This document shows positions 36,967 to 44,014 of a stretch of 44,487 nucleotides of DNA, piece after piece. Position numbers and translations under genes: made by a program. The notes under the pieces are model-generated. The model was not told where the DNA came from and ran no database searches. It saw nothing but the letters and a program-made list of their open reading frames with translations. Origin of the DNA: a virus (taxonomy: Duplodnaviria; Caudoviricetes). Where the stretch lies: positions 1 to 44,487 of the IMG/VR virus record IMGVR_UViG_3300009678_000079. The stretch is one strand, 5' to 3'. Within the stretch, counting starts at the first letter, position 1, and the number at the start of each line of letters is the position of its first letter.

Positions 36967-38563
36967 GCGGGGCTTCGTGTACGACGATGCCAAGGCTCCA
37001 ATGTGGCTGCCGCCGGTCAATCCGAGCCAGTTCGTTGTTCTCAATGATTTCCACCGCTACCTTTTGGTCCATGGCCCGCGCATGTCCTCGAAGACCTACG
37101 GCATCGTCCACAAGGTCTTACGACACGCCTTCGATGTGGATGGAGGGATGTTCGCTATCGTTTGCAAGACGATCAAAAATGCCAAGGCATCCGGCGTCTG
37201 GAGCCTCCTGACAAACGTGATGCTGCCCTTCTGGGAGAAGGGGGTTCCGCCTGAACGCTGGGAGTCCTGGATGCCGGAGATGTGGCGCCACGGCTGCCCC
37301 GGCTTCAAGATTGTCGAGGGGCCGAAAACTACAGGCGACACCAAGATGTCGTTCGTGCGGATTCGGAACAGGCATGGCTCCACCTCTGAGATTCAGTGCC
37401 ACTCACTTGAGCACTCCAGCGAGGTCGAGGCGAAGTTCAAGGGGCCTTACTACTCGGGCTTCTGGCTCTCTGAGTTCGACCAGTACTGCGACCGTCACGC
37501 CTTCGACATCTTCTGTGACGCGCTGCGAATGCCGGGCGTTCCATACGACCACCACCAGATCATCTGCGACTGCAACCCGCCGGAGTCCGGGCCGAACAAC
37601 TGGATGCACGATCTCTGGTTCAAGTTCCTCGACTCGCCAGCGCCGGAGGATGAACCCGAGTCCGACAAGATTTTCAGGCAGGGTCTCCACAAGATCCTCG
37701 TGATGATCGAGGACAACCCGCAGTTGGATCCAAGGCAGAGGGATGAACTCTACGCCCGGTACCGAAAGAGGGTCACGTTGTTCAACCGATTCTGCCTCGG
37801 CATCTGGGAGCAGGACATCACCGACGGGTTTTTCTCCGATGTCTACGACGAGGGGATTCATGTGCTCGGTAAATGCGATGGACCTCCAGAGGAACGCTCA
37901 GCGATTGTCCCAACGCCCGCCTGCAGGGTTCTTCTCTCCGGCTGGGACGCTGGCCTCTCCAAGAATCACTCGTTCCACATCGTCGAAAAGATCACCAATG
38001 AAATCGCTGGTGAGGATGCAAAGATGCGAAGGTTGGTGTCGTTCGCCGCTCTCGATGAGTTCGTCATCATCGCCACCTACATGTCGATCAAGGAATTCAC
38101 CTGGGAGGCTCTGCGCAAGATCAAGTTCTGGACCGACTGGCAACTCAAACATCACAACGTCGTCATCAAGTGGCGGCATTGGAGTGACACCGATGCGTTC
38201 GAGAAACGCGCGGCAGCAGATCGCACGACGGCCTCCATCGTCTACGAGGCGTCCGGTGGGCAGATCGATTTAGCCGGCGCCCCGAAGTACAAGAACTCCC
38301 AGAGGGAACGGGTGCAGCTTGCGTGGCAACTCCTCTACGAACGGCGGATGTTCATCTCTGCCCAGCTCACAGCAACGCGCACCATGATCGCAAATCTCAG
38401 GGAGGGCACTGGAAGCGACTACATCAAGAAGAGCATTCACAAACACCCCTTCGATTCGCTCACCTACCCCATCGCCGCCGAGGCCCCAGCCGATATGGTC
38501 AAGAGCGCGGAGCTGACGACGGCGAGCAAGTCAACATCGGGGTTAGTGATTGCTGGAGTTTAG
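36950..38563 (+). CDS. terL: Terminase large subunit
   Basis: Walker A-like HGPRMSSKT, Walker B-like FWLSE, motif III DCNP, nuclease SGWDAG, WSD, C-terminal HPFDSLTY. Confidence 0.88.
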   Translation: MIKTNERGFVYDDAKAPMWLPPVNPSQFVVLNDFHRYLLVHGPRMSSKTYGIVHKVLRHAFDVDGGMFAIVCKTIKNAKASGVWSLLTNVMLPFWEKGVPPERWESWMPEMWRHGCPGFKIVEGPKTTGDTKMSFVRIRNRHGSTSEIQCHSLEHSSEVEAKFKGPYYSGFWLSEFDQYCDRHAFDIFCDALRMPGVPYDHHQIICDCNPPESGPNNWMHDLWFKFLDSPAPEDEPESDKIFRQGLHKILVMIEDNPQLDPRQRDELYARYRKRVTLFNRFCLGIWEQDITDGFFSDVYDEGIHVLGKCDGPPEERSAIVPTPACRVLLSGWDAGLSKNHSFHIVEKITNEIAGEDAKMRRLVSFAALDEFVIIATYMSIKEFTWEALRKIKFWTDWQLKHHNVVIKWRHWSDTDAFEKRAAADRTTASIVYEASGGQIDLAGAPKYKNSQRERVQLAWQLLYERRMFISAQLTATRTMIANLREGTGSDYIKKSIHKHPFDSLTYPIAAEAPADMVKSAELTTASKSTSGLVIAGV

Positions 38564-38679
38564 CCAGGAGCCGCAAGATTTCGCAGCGTGAACGCCACTG
38601 CGTCAGCAGCCTTGCTCCACGCCTCACGCAGGGCTTCATCCTGCTGCTTCCAGTGCGGCAGCGGTTCGCCGCGCACCGA
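38560..38679 (-). pseudogene. C-terminal half (39 aa) of a 60-aa phage gene split by an inversion
   Basis: Reads SVRGEPLPHWKQQDEALREAWSKAADAVAFTLRNLAAPG* starting at the left inverted repeat; stop overlaps the terL stop. Confidence 0.85.
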
Positions 38680-38781
38680 GATCGGCAGACAGCCCCACAC
38701 TTCTTCTATGACCAGCGAGCAACTCGGAGAGATCGCCTACAACGCCTACTGTGAATCGCGCGGCTGGAAGTCGGTGCGCGG
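38669..38781. repeat. Perfect 11-bp inverted repeats (CCGCGCACCGA / TCGGTGCGCGG) bounding a 91-bp inverted segment
   Basis: 38669-38679 and 38771-38781 are exact reverse complements. Confidence 0.95.
38708..38781 (+). pseudogene. N-terminal half of the same split gene; in this orientation the frame runs on to TAG 38950 as an 80-aa chimera
   Basis: MTSEQLGEIAYNAYCESRGWK-SVRG, ending in the right inverted repeat. Confidence 0.85.
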
Positions 38782-38811
38782 ACTTTTGGTGTTTTGGAAT
38801 TGTTCAATTGT

Positions 38812-38880
38812 TCAGTACCCACGAAAGCTCTTCCGCTTCGCCGCCTTCTTCCGCTTCAGTTTGCGATGTGGTTTTTTCAT
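38812..38880 (-). CDS. 22-aa highly basic peptide (not in the ORF track)
   Basis: MKKPHRKLKRKKAAKRKSFRGY*; 8 nt downstream of a good promoter. Confidence 0.6.
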   Translation of the reverse strand: MKKPHRKLKRKKAAKRKSFRGY

Positions 38881-38888
38881 TTGGGCGG

Positions 38889-38917
38889 ACAATGGGGCGT
38901 TGAGCTACCGGGGTCAA
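38889..38917 (-). promoter_or_regulatory. Sigma70-type promoter driving the basic peptide and the split gene
   Basis: TTGACC(38917-38912)-17 nt-CATTGT(38894-38889). Confidence 0.6.
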
Positions 38918-38942
38918 TCCGTATTTCTGCGTAGGAATTTTG

Positions 38943-38973
38943 AGTTGTAGTCTTCGTGACTACAGCTAAGGCT
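38943..38973 (+). promoter_or_regulatory. Inverted repeat (operator-like) overlapping a candidate rightward promoter
   Basis: TGTAGTC-TTCGT-GACTACA (38946-38964); TTGTAG-17 nt-AAGGCT-7 nt-ATG(38981). Confidence 0.4.
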
Positions 38974-38980
38974 TCGCGCG

Positions 38981-39403
38981 ATGAAGCCAATGATCATCCT
39001 GCCGCCGGACGTGATGGACAAAGAGAACATCGATCTCCTGCGCGAGAACGGCATCTGCGTTGTTGTCGCCAAAGACCCGGCGAAGGTGCGGTTTGTCGAT
39101 CCGATTCCGGCAGTCGCTTCACGGACACAAATGGAGCAGGCAGCGATTTCACTGTCTCGCAAAATCCTACACCCTGGCTTCTGGAACGACGACTCGACAA
39201 GACAAGAGATGTGCAGTTTTTACGTGGAGCTGCTTACCAAGGGCACGCCGCTGGACCCTCGGCCAAGTCAGGAGGAGAGTGAAAAGAAAGAGTACGATGC
39301 GGCGAAGCTGCAAGAAATTCGCGAGCTTGCTCGCAATGACGCCCGCGCCGAACGCGCCGCCAAAAAACTTGAGCAACAGAAAGTGAAGGAGGCAAAGAAA
39401 TGA
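38981..39403 (+). CDS. Hypothetical protein (140 aa)
   Basis: Good ORF; ATGA overlap with the next gene. Confidence 0.75.
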   Translation: MKPMIILPPDVMDKENIDLLRENGICVVVAKDPAKVRFVDPIPAVASRTQMEQAAISLSRKILHPGFWNDDSTRQEMCSFYVELLTKGTPLDPRPSQEESEKKEYDAAKLQEIRELARNDARAERAAKKLEQQKVKEAKK

Positions 39404-39708
39404 GCGACGCCCGCACCCAAGCCATCCACAAAGCGGCCAGTGAACTGGTCGCGGAACTCCTGAACTCGACTGGTGAGAACGGCGGGGAGCCGTGGTATCC
39501 CATCATCGTGCGGAAGATGAAGGGGCTGCCACCCGTGAACGAGAAGCTCATCAAAGATGTGCAGGATCTTCTCTTTCGCGTGCGCGTGCTGCTGTACGAG
39601 GATGTGGAGGACTACGAACTGGACAACAAGTCTCACTGTGCGGGCCGCCACCGCGCCTGCATCGAGGAGATTGACAGATTGTTGGAGGAAACCAAACTGC
39701 CGAAATGA
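39400..39708 (+). CDS. Hypothetical protein (102 aa)
   Basis: GGAGG upstream; ATGA overlaps. Confidence 0.75.
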   Translation: MSDARTQAIHKAASELVAELLNSTGENGGEPWYPIIVRKMKGLPPVNEKLIKDVQDLLFRVRVLLYEDVEDYELDNKSHCAGRHRACIEEIDRLLEETKLPK

Positions 39709-40085
39709 GCGAGCCTGCGAACGATACTTTTAGGCGGGATGGTGGGATACACTGTCCATCACCGGAGCCCGGATCGGGATCACCAATAGCAAGAGGCCCC
39801 GACACAGCGGGAGAATTACCCGCCTCGCCTGCCAAGCCTCTACCAAAAGCCAGGCCACTGGCCGGATGGTTCAATTTCGAGGGACGCTGCCTTGTCTGCG
39901 GGACCAAAGTGGCGCTAAGGATCGGGAGCCCTTACTGGGACCACATAGAGGAACACCGGAAGGAAGGGATTATTGAGCGAAGCCGTGGCGCCGGGGGGCG
40001 GTTCTACCTCTACGAGCAGGTCAAGGCTCACCCTGTCGGTTTCCCTGGCATCCTGCTGCCCAAGGAAATGGAGTGGAGCAAGTGA
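39705..40085 (+). CDS. Hypothetical protein with possible C2H2 zinc site (126 aa)
   Basis: CLVC...HIEEH; ATGA overlap. Confidence 0.65.
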   Translation: MSEPANDTFRRDGGIHCPSPEPGSGSPIARGPDTAGELPASPAKPLPKARPLAGWFNFEGRCLVCGTKVALRIGSPYWDHIEEHRKEGIIERSRGAGGRFYLYEQVKAHPVGFPGILLPKEMEWSK

Positions 40086-40087
40086 TT

Positions 40088-40204
40088 ATGCAGATCAAAC
40101 CAAACTCGCCAGAGCAGGCGACCTTTCGGGATGTATTGGCCGCCACCGCTCTTCACTCCTACATCTCTTTTTGGGGCCAGCTGTGGCCGGGGGTGTTTCG
40201 ATGA
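40088..40204 (+). CDS. Small protein (38 aa, not in the ORF track)
   Basis: MQIKPNSPEQATFRDVLAATALHSYISFWGQLWPGVFR*; exactly fills the gap, ATGA overlap with the next gene. Confidence 0.5.
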   Translation: MQIKPNSPEQATFRDVLAATALHSYISFWGQLWPGVFR

Positions 40205-40593
40205 CACCTGAAGAACAACGAATCGCGATTGCGGAGGCGTGTGGTTTTGAGCGATGGACCTCGGAAAGCAAGAGACTCATCAAGTTGACCAAGCCGCGAG
40301 ACGCTCAGCAGCGCGATTATTGGATTCTACACGGAGCCACCATAAGCAGTGCGCCAGTCGATGTCATTGACGACTTGGTGCCCGACTACCTCAACGACCT
40401 GAACGCCTGTGCCGAGATGGAGAAGGTGTTACCTGAGAACAAGCAGTTAACTTACGATGCCCGACTATTTGATGCGGTAAATACCTCTTGCGGAGAACTT
40501 CACGAAAAAATCTCAACATTCAAAGTTCTACACGCCGCGGCCGCTCAGCGCGCCGAAGCGTTCCTGAAGACCCTGAACCTATGGAAGGGCTGA
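40201..40593 (+). CDS. Phage ABA-sandwich-like domain protein (130 aa)
   Basis: QRIAIAEACG...VPDYLNDLNA...AAAQRAEAFLKTL; start reassigned to ATG 40201. Confidence 0.7.
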   Translation: MTPEEQRIAIAEACGFERWTSESKRLIKLTKPRDAQQRDYWILHGATISSAPVDVIDDLVPDYLNDLNACAEMEKVLPENKQLTYDARLFDAVNTSCGELHEKISTFKVLHAAAAQRAEAFLKTLNLWKG

Positions 40594-40871
40594 AGGAGAT
40601 CGCCGCCCGCCTCATCGCCAAAGGGCTGATAAGGTTCAAACCACCTGAGAAGGAGGAGCCGGAACCGGCCCAGTTGTTCAAGAGACCACGCACCAGGATG
40701 CCCACCACTGCTCCTGGGCGTCGATCCTACGACGCGGAACGCCAAAGACGAAGGTTGGGCTACCAGCCGTGGAAACCGCGAGGGCCGGGAAGGCCGCCCA
40801 AGGACTCCAAGTTCTGCCGGTGGTGCGGATCCAGAGGCGGGGAGCATACAGAGGGGTGTCGAAAGCCGTGA
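40581..40871 (+). CDS. Basic protein with AT-hook-like GPGRPPK and CxxC-H-C zinc knuckle (96 aa)
   Basis: Start ATG 40581; RGPGRPPK, FCRWCG...EHTEGC. Confidence 0.6.
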   Translation: MEGLKEIAARLIAKGLIRFKPPEKEEPEPAQLFKRPRTRMPTTAPGRRSYDAERQRRRLGYQPWKPRGPGRPPKDSKFCRWCGSRGGEHTEGCRKP

Positions 40872-40911
40872 AAATGTTCCACGGGTCAGGGATGCTTGCT
40901 GGAAAGGATTC

Positions 40912-41427
40912 TTAAGTGGCTGTGGGCTGAGGAGATGGGTTTTCGACCGGGGTCACCGTAGGAGGATGTTCCACAGGTTTGTCATGCATGGCGTCAGAGA
41001 GGCCGTCTGCGACCGTGGCGTTGCCGTCGCCTAGGGCTTTGTCGAATTGGCGCTCGCGGGCGGAACCGCCCTTCTTGGCCCTGTGCCGAGCCTGACGAAT
41101 CCGGTTTTGCTCTCGAAGATCGTCGTTATTCTTGATTTTCTGGTACCGCTCAAACTGCGGTAGGAAGTATTGGTAGGCACCTTCTTTAACCAATCGGCGC
41201 CCCTCTGATTCCGGGTGCCTGCTTGCCGGATCTGGCCGACAAAGGAACTCAATGGCATCAACCATTTCCTGCTTGGTGGAGCCGATAATTCTCCAGAGAT
41301 ATTCCGGGTTGAGTTCTACCCTGGATTTAACCGCGTGGCTGATGGCGTAGGCCCAGACCGAGAAGACGTGAGCCCCGGCCCCGACCATAGAGCCCTGGAA
41401 GCAGGATCGGAAGAATTTACCGTACAT
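40912..41427 (-). CDS. Phage replication initiator / replisome-organizer-like protein (171 aa)
   Basis: MYGKFF..GSM, PDPASR...EGRRL, REQNRIRQARHR pattern; start ATG 41427. Confidence 0.65.
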   Translation of the reverse strand: MYGKFFRSCFQGSMVGAGAHVFSVWAYAISHAVKSRVELNPEYLWRIIGSTKQEMVDAIEFLCRPDPASRHPESEGRRLVKEGAYQYFLPQFERYQKIKNNDDLREQNRIRQARHRAKKGGSARERQFDKALGDGNATVADGLSDAMHDKPVEHPPTVTPVENPSPQPTAT

Positions 41428-41453
41428 GGCTGCAAGGATTGCGTATTGATGCC

Positions 41454-41517
41454 ACCGTGACAAAATCCGATTCTGCGGTCAAGTGTTTTTGCGTGACATG
41501 TAACGGTGTCACGCAAA
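41454..41517 (-). promoter_or_regulatory. Candidate promoter of the replication gene with adjacent 11-bp inverted repeat
   Basis: TTGACC(41482-41477)-17 nt-CACGGT; TTTGCGTGACA(41488-41498)-8 nt-TGTCACGCAAA(41507-41517). Confidence 0.55.
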
Positions 41518-41888
41518 TATAACGGCTCAAAAAGCACGGAGACGGAGAAAGAGGGGGAGTGGGGGAGATCGGACCGTCAACAGCGTAGGAGCTGATTCCG
41601 CTCCTCGGAGGCACCGACCCTCCGGCCTGTCGGCCTCCGGCTCGCTCGCCTCCTGCGGGCGGCTTAATTGAATCCTCTACTTTGAAGTTATGGAAAGGGG
41701 AACACACAAGCCGCCAAGGAGGTGCTGGCTTTTTGCAGGTGCGATTACACGCGGAGAAGGAATGCCAGTCGCGTTGATCTCACCTGCAAAGACACCAATT
41801 CGGTAGCAAAAAGAACAGTGCCGACTGGCGGAACAACACCTCCTACTGTGTACGGCGATCCTACAGCCTTTGGCTCAGCACGGAAGGT

Positions 41889-41910
41889 GGGTGGGGGTAC
41901 GGGGGGAGGG
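41889..41910 (+). other. Canonical G-quadruplex-forming motif in non-coding DNA
   Basis: GGG-T-GGGGG-TAC-GGGGGG-A-GGG. Confidence 0.6.
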
Positions 41911-42257
41911 AGGAAACCAAAGAGAGTTGTTGGCAGAAGCCCTACGGGAAGATTGGCCATACATGAAGGGCTGGAGTAGAGAAGGCAAACGTATATGTAG
42001 CATAGCGACACCCGCGGGTGCCCCCGGTGTCCCCCATGGCGGTCTAAGGCTCTGTGCTAGGCTTCCGTGTAAGACGCTCGTCTAGGCTAGCGATCAAGCC
42101 TAACAGACTCAGCGCTAGTTCTACCTACTGGACTTCTAAGTGCTTCATAACAATGCAGAGAGCGTTAACGTTAACGTAGGATTTCCACGCATTTTTGGCG
42201 GGCCGATATTTATTGCGCACAATGATCGGAACCTTACTACTACCCCAGTAATACACC

Positions 42258-42437
42258 TTAGACAACACTGTGCGCGAGCGCGTTGGCGTCCTTTGGGCGG
42301 CGTTTGCCGCGCTTCTTGCCCTTTGGCCAGCCGCCGAGCTTGGCATTGCGGCGTGACGCCCTGGCCTTGGCCTTGGACGTTTGGCTGCCGAGCAAGCTGC
42401 CGATGTTGATGTCGTTTCCACAGTGCGGGCATTTCAT
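42258..42437 (-). CDS. Small basic protein (59 aa, not in the ORF track)
   Basis: MKCPHCGNDINIGSLLGSQTSKAKARASRRNAKLGGWPKGKKR...; ATGA overlap with the upstream gene; TS-x-AKA-x-ASR-x-N-x-x-x-GG-x-PK is a recurrent phage motif. Confidence 0.75.
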   Translation of the reverse strand: MKCPHCGNDINIGSLLGSQTSKAKARASRRNAKLGGWPKGKKRGKRRPKDANALAHSVV

Positions 42438-42712
42438 TCTGGCGGCCTTAACCCATCACGGGAGGCGTCGCACAATTTTCGCGGGAACTTCCCCCAGATA
42501 TGCGCCTCGGCCCTTTGTAAGATAACGCAAGTAGCCTCTAGTTCCGCCTTTCGCTCGATATTCAAAAGGGCCTCGTGCTCCTTATTATCTAGTTTGAGAA
42601 CCTTGCGGACGCATTGCTGCGCGAGCCGTAGTGCCCGCGCAGCTTTTGCGATGTCGTGGGGGAGCCATTTCGGCACTGGCGTAACGATCAAGACCTTCAC
42701 AGAACGCTCCAT
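42434..42712 (-). CDS. Hypothetical protein (92 aa)
   Basis: Helical ORF coupled to the downstream gene. Confidence 0.6.
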   Translation of the reverse strand: MERSVKVLIVTPVPKWLPHDIAKAARALRLAQQCVRKVLKLDNKEHEALLNIERKAELEATCVILQRAEAHIWGKFPRKLCDASRDGLRPPE

Positions 42713-42983
42713 TTCGCAATCAGGAGGGTTTTCGATGCATCGTATTGATCGGTAGCTTCAACAGCTATCATGTTTCCTTATGGTTGTGGCTTCCGTAATA
42801 GATTTACCGGGGAAGCCGTTCCGGTAAAGATTAGGGTGAGCGCGGCAGGGATCTTGCCCTACAAGCCAACGACTAAGCACGATGGTTTTACTCCATCTAT
42901 CCGCGTCGGCAGCGTGTCAGCAGGCCGCTGTGAACGGTTGCCTTATTTGGCACACGCCGCGTCTTATGACGCCACGCGCTCGG

Positions 42984-43036
42984 AAGAAAGTGAAAAGCCC
43001 GGCCGGTAGTATCAAATGATACCGGGCCGGCCGGGC
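42984..43036 (-). terminator. Intrinsic terminator-like hairpin
   Basis: GCCCGGCCGG(42997-43006)/CCGGCCGGGC(43027-43036), inner GTATC/GATAC, followed by TTTTCACTTTCTT on the minus strand. Confidence 0.65.
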
Positions 43037-43045
43037 CGTTGAAAG

Positions 43046-43228
43046 TTACCTGCGCAGGGTCAGCCATTTGGGCAGCCATCTTCTCTTCCAGATTTGCAGA
43101 CTTTGACGCCAACGCGGGCAGACACAAGAGGACTCAAAACAGTTGCAGCCGGGACAGTATATGTCGATGCGTCGGAGGTTTCTGTCAGCGTCAACGATTT
43201 CATTCCAGTAGCGGCGGCGGAAAATCAT
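43046..43228 (-). CDS. Small Cys/Trp/Arg-rich protein (60 aa)
   Basis: Starts 3 nt after the upstream stop and ends just before the terminator; CPGC...CVC. Confidence 0.5.
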   Translation of the reverse strand: MIFRRRYWNEIVDADRNLRRIDIYCPGCNCFESSCVCPRWRQSLQIWKRRWLPKWLTLRR

Positions 43229-43231
43229 GGC

Positions 43232-43726
43232 TTAGGTTAATCCGATACTAACGCCAAAATCCATCCGGCATTCAGTGGAGCAGAACAGCAGTGTGCGCTC
43301 AGCGGTATCTACGGCGACTTTGAACTCGTCCTTGGCTGGTTTGCAGCAATTAAAGCAGACGCCTTTTTCTTTCGCACAATCGGCAGAGAAATGGTAATCG
43401 GCCCAAGCCTTTACGATCTTGGACGTGACGGTTTGCATGGATGCCCAGTTTTCGCGCATGAACTGGCGTGTGTGCTCGTGGCGTAGGGCTTTAATTGCGT
43501 CGAGTCGCCGAGTGACGGCATGGGGATTATTAGGTGGTGCTTGCAGGCGCGCTGTCCCATGCGGCGACTCTCTAAGGGATGTCATCGCGATTGCAGCTTG
43601 GCTGCCGCTCATCGTCAGGTTGCGACTGGTGAACGAGTTTTGTGCCGCAAAGACGGCCTTTTTAACCGACGAGTATATGCCGAGCATTCCCCCGTCGCCG
43701 TAGTTCAAAATGAATACTTTTTTCAT
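43232..43726 (-). CDS. Hypothetical protein with C-terminal TRASH-like zinc finger (164 aa)
   Basis: CFNCCK...FCSTECR; start ATG 43726 just below a strong promoter. Confidence 0.65.
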   Translation of the reverse strand: MKKVFILNYGDGGMLGIYSSVKKAVFAAQNSFTSRNLTMSGSQAAIAMTSLRESPHGTARLQAPPNNPHAVTRRLDAIKALRHEHTRQFMRENWASMQTVTSKIVKAWADYHFSADCAKEKGVCFNCCKPAKDEFKVAVDTAERTLLFCSTECRMDFGVSIGLT

Positions 43727-43735
43727 ACGCACGCT

Positions 43736-43765
43736 ACAATACCCAACTGTTAGGTAATGTGTCAA
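43736..43765 (-). promoter_or_regulatory. Near-consensus sigma70 promoter (probable early promoter)
   Basis: TTGACA(43765-43760)-18 nt-TATTGT(43741-43736)-9 nt-ATG. Confidence 0.7.
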
Positions 43766-43980
43766 CAGTAAAATGAAAAGACCCCACTACCCAATGTCCT
43801 ATCCTCCCGGCTCAGTCGATGCTTGTCCCTCTCTGCCGACAAGCAAATCCCCCTGCCATACTCCCATTAGTTCGATATCTTCCTGCCGAATGTAGCCAAG
43901 CAAGCACCATGCCAGCTAACTCTTTGAGTCTAAGTCTGTAACGTTAACGCAACTTTATATGGAAATCTCAAGGAGAACTA

Positions 43981-44010
43981 TTGACAGCAAGATACTACCG
44001 GATTTACAAG
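43981..44010 (+). promoter_or_regulatory. Candidate rightward sigma70 promoter into an ORF-free region
   Basis: TTGACA at 43981; weak -10 (TACAAG at 18 nt). Confidence 0.4.
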
Positions 44011-44014
44011 GGGA

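Noticed and set aside
38767-38786. AAGTCGGTGC / GCACCGA resembling the Cas9 tracrRNA 3' hairpin
   Set aside because: Only a short match, explained by coding sequence and the inverted repeat; no other tracrRNA features
40874-40977. Two ATGTTCCAC copies resembling parS half-sites
   Set aside because: No full palindrome and no parAB genes
42788-42828. Overlapping alternative hairpins (GGCTTCC/GGAAGCC versus TTTACCGG/CCGGTAAA) as a riboswitch
   Set aside because: No recognisable aptamer; short stems could be chance
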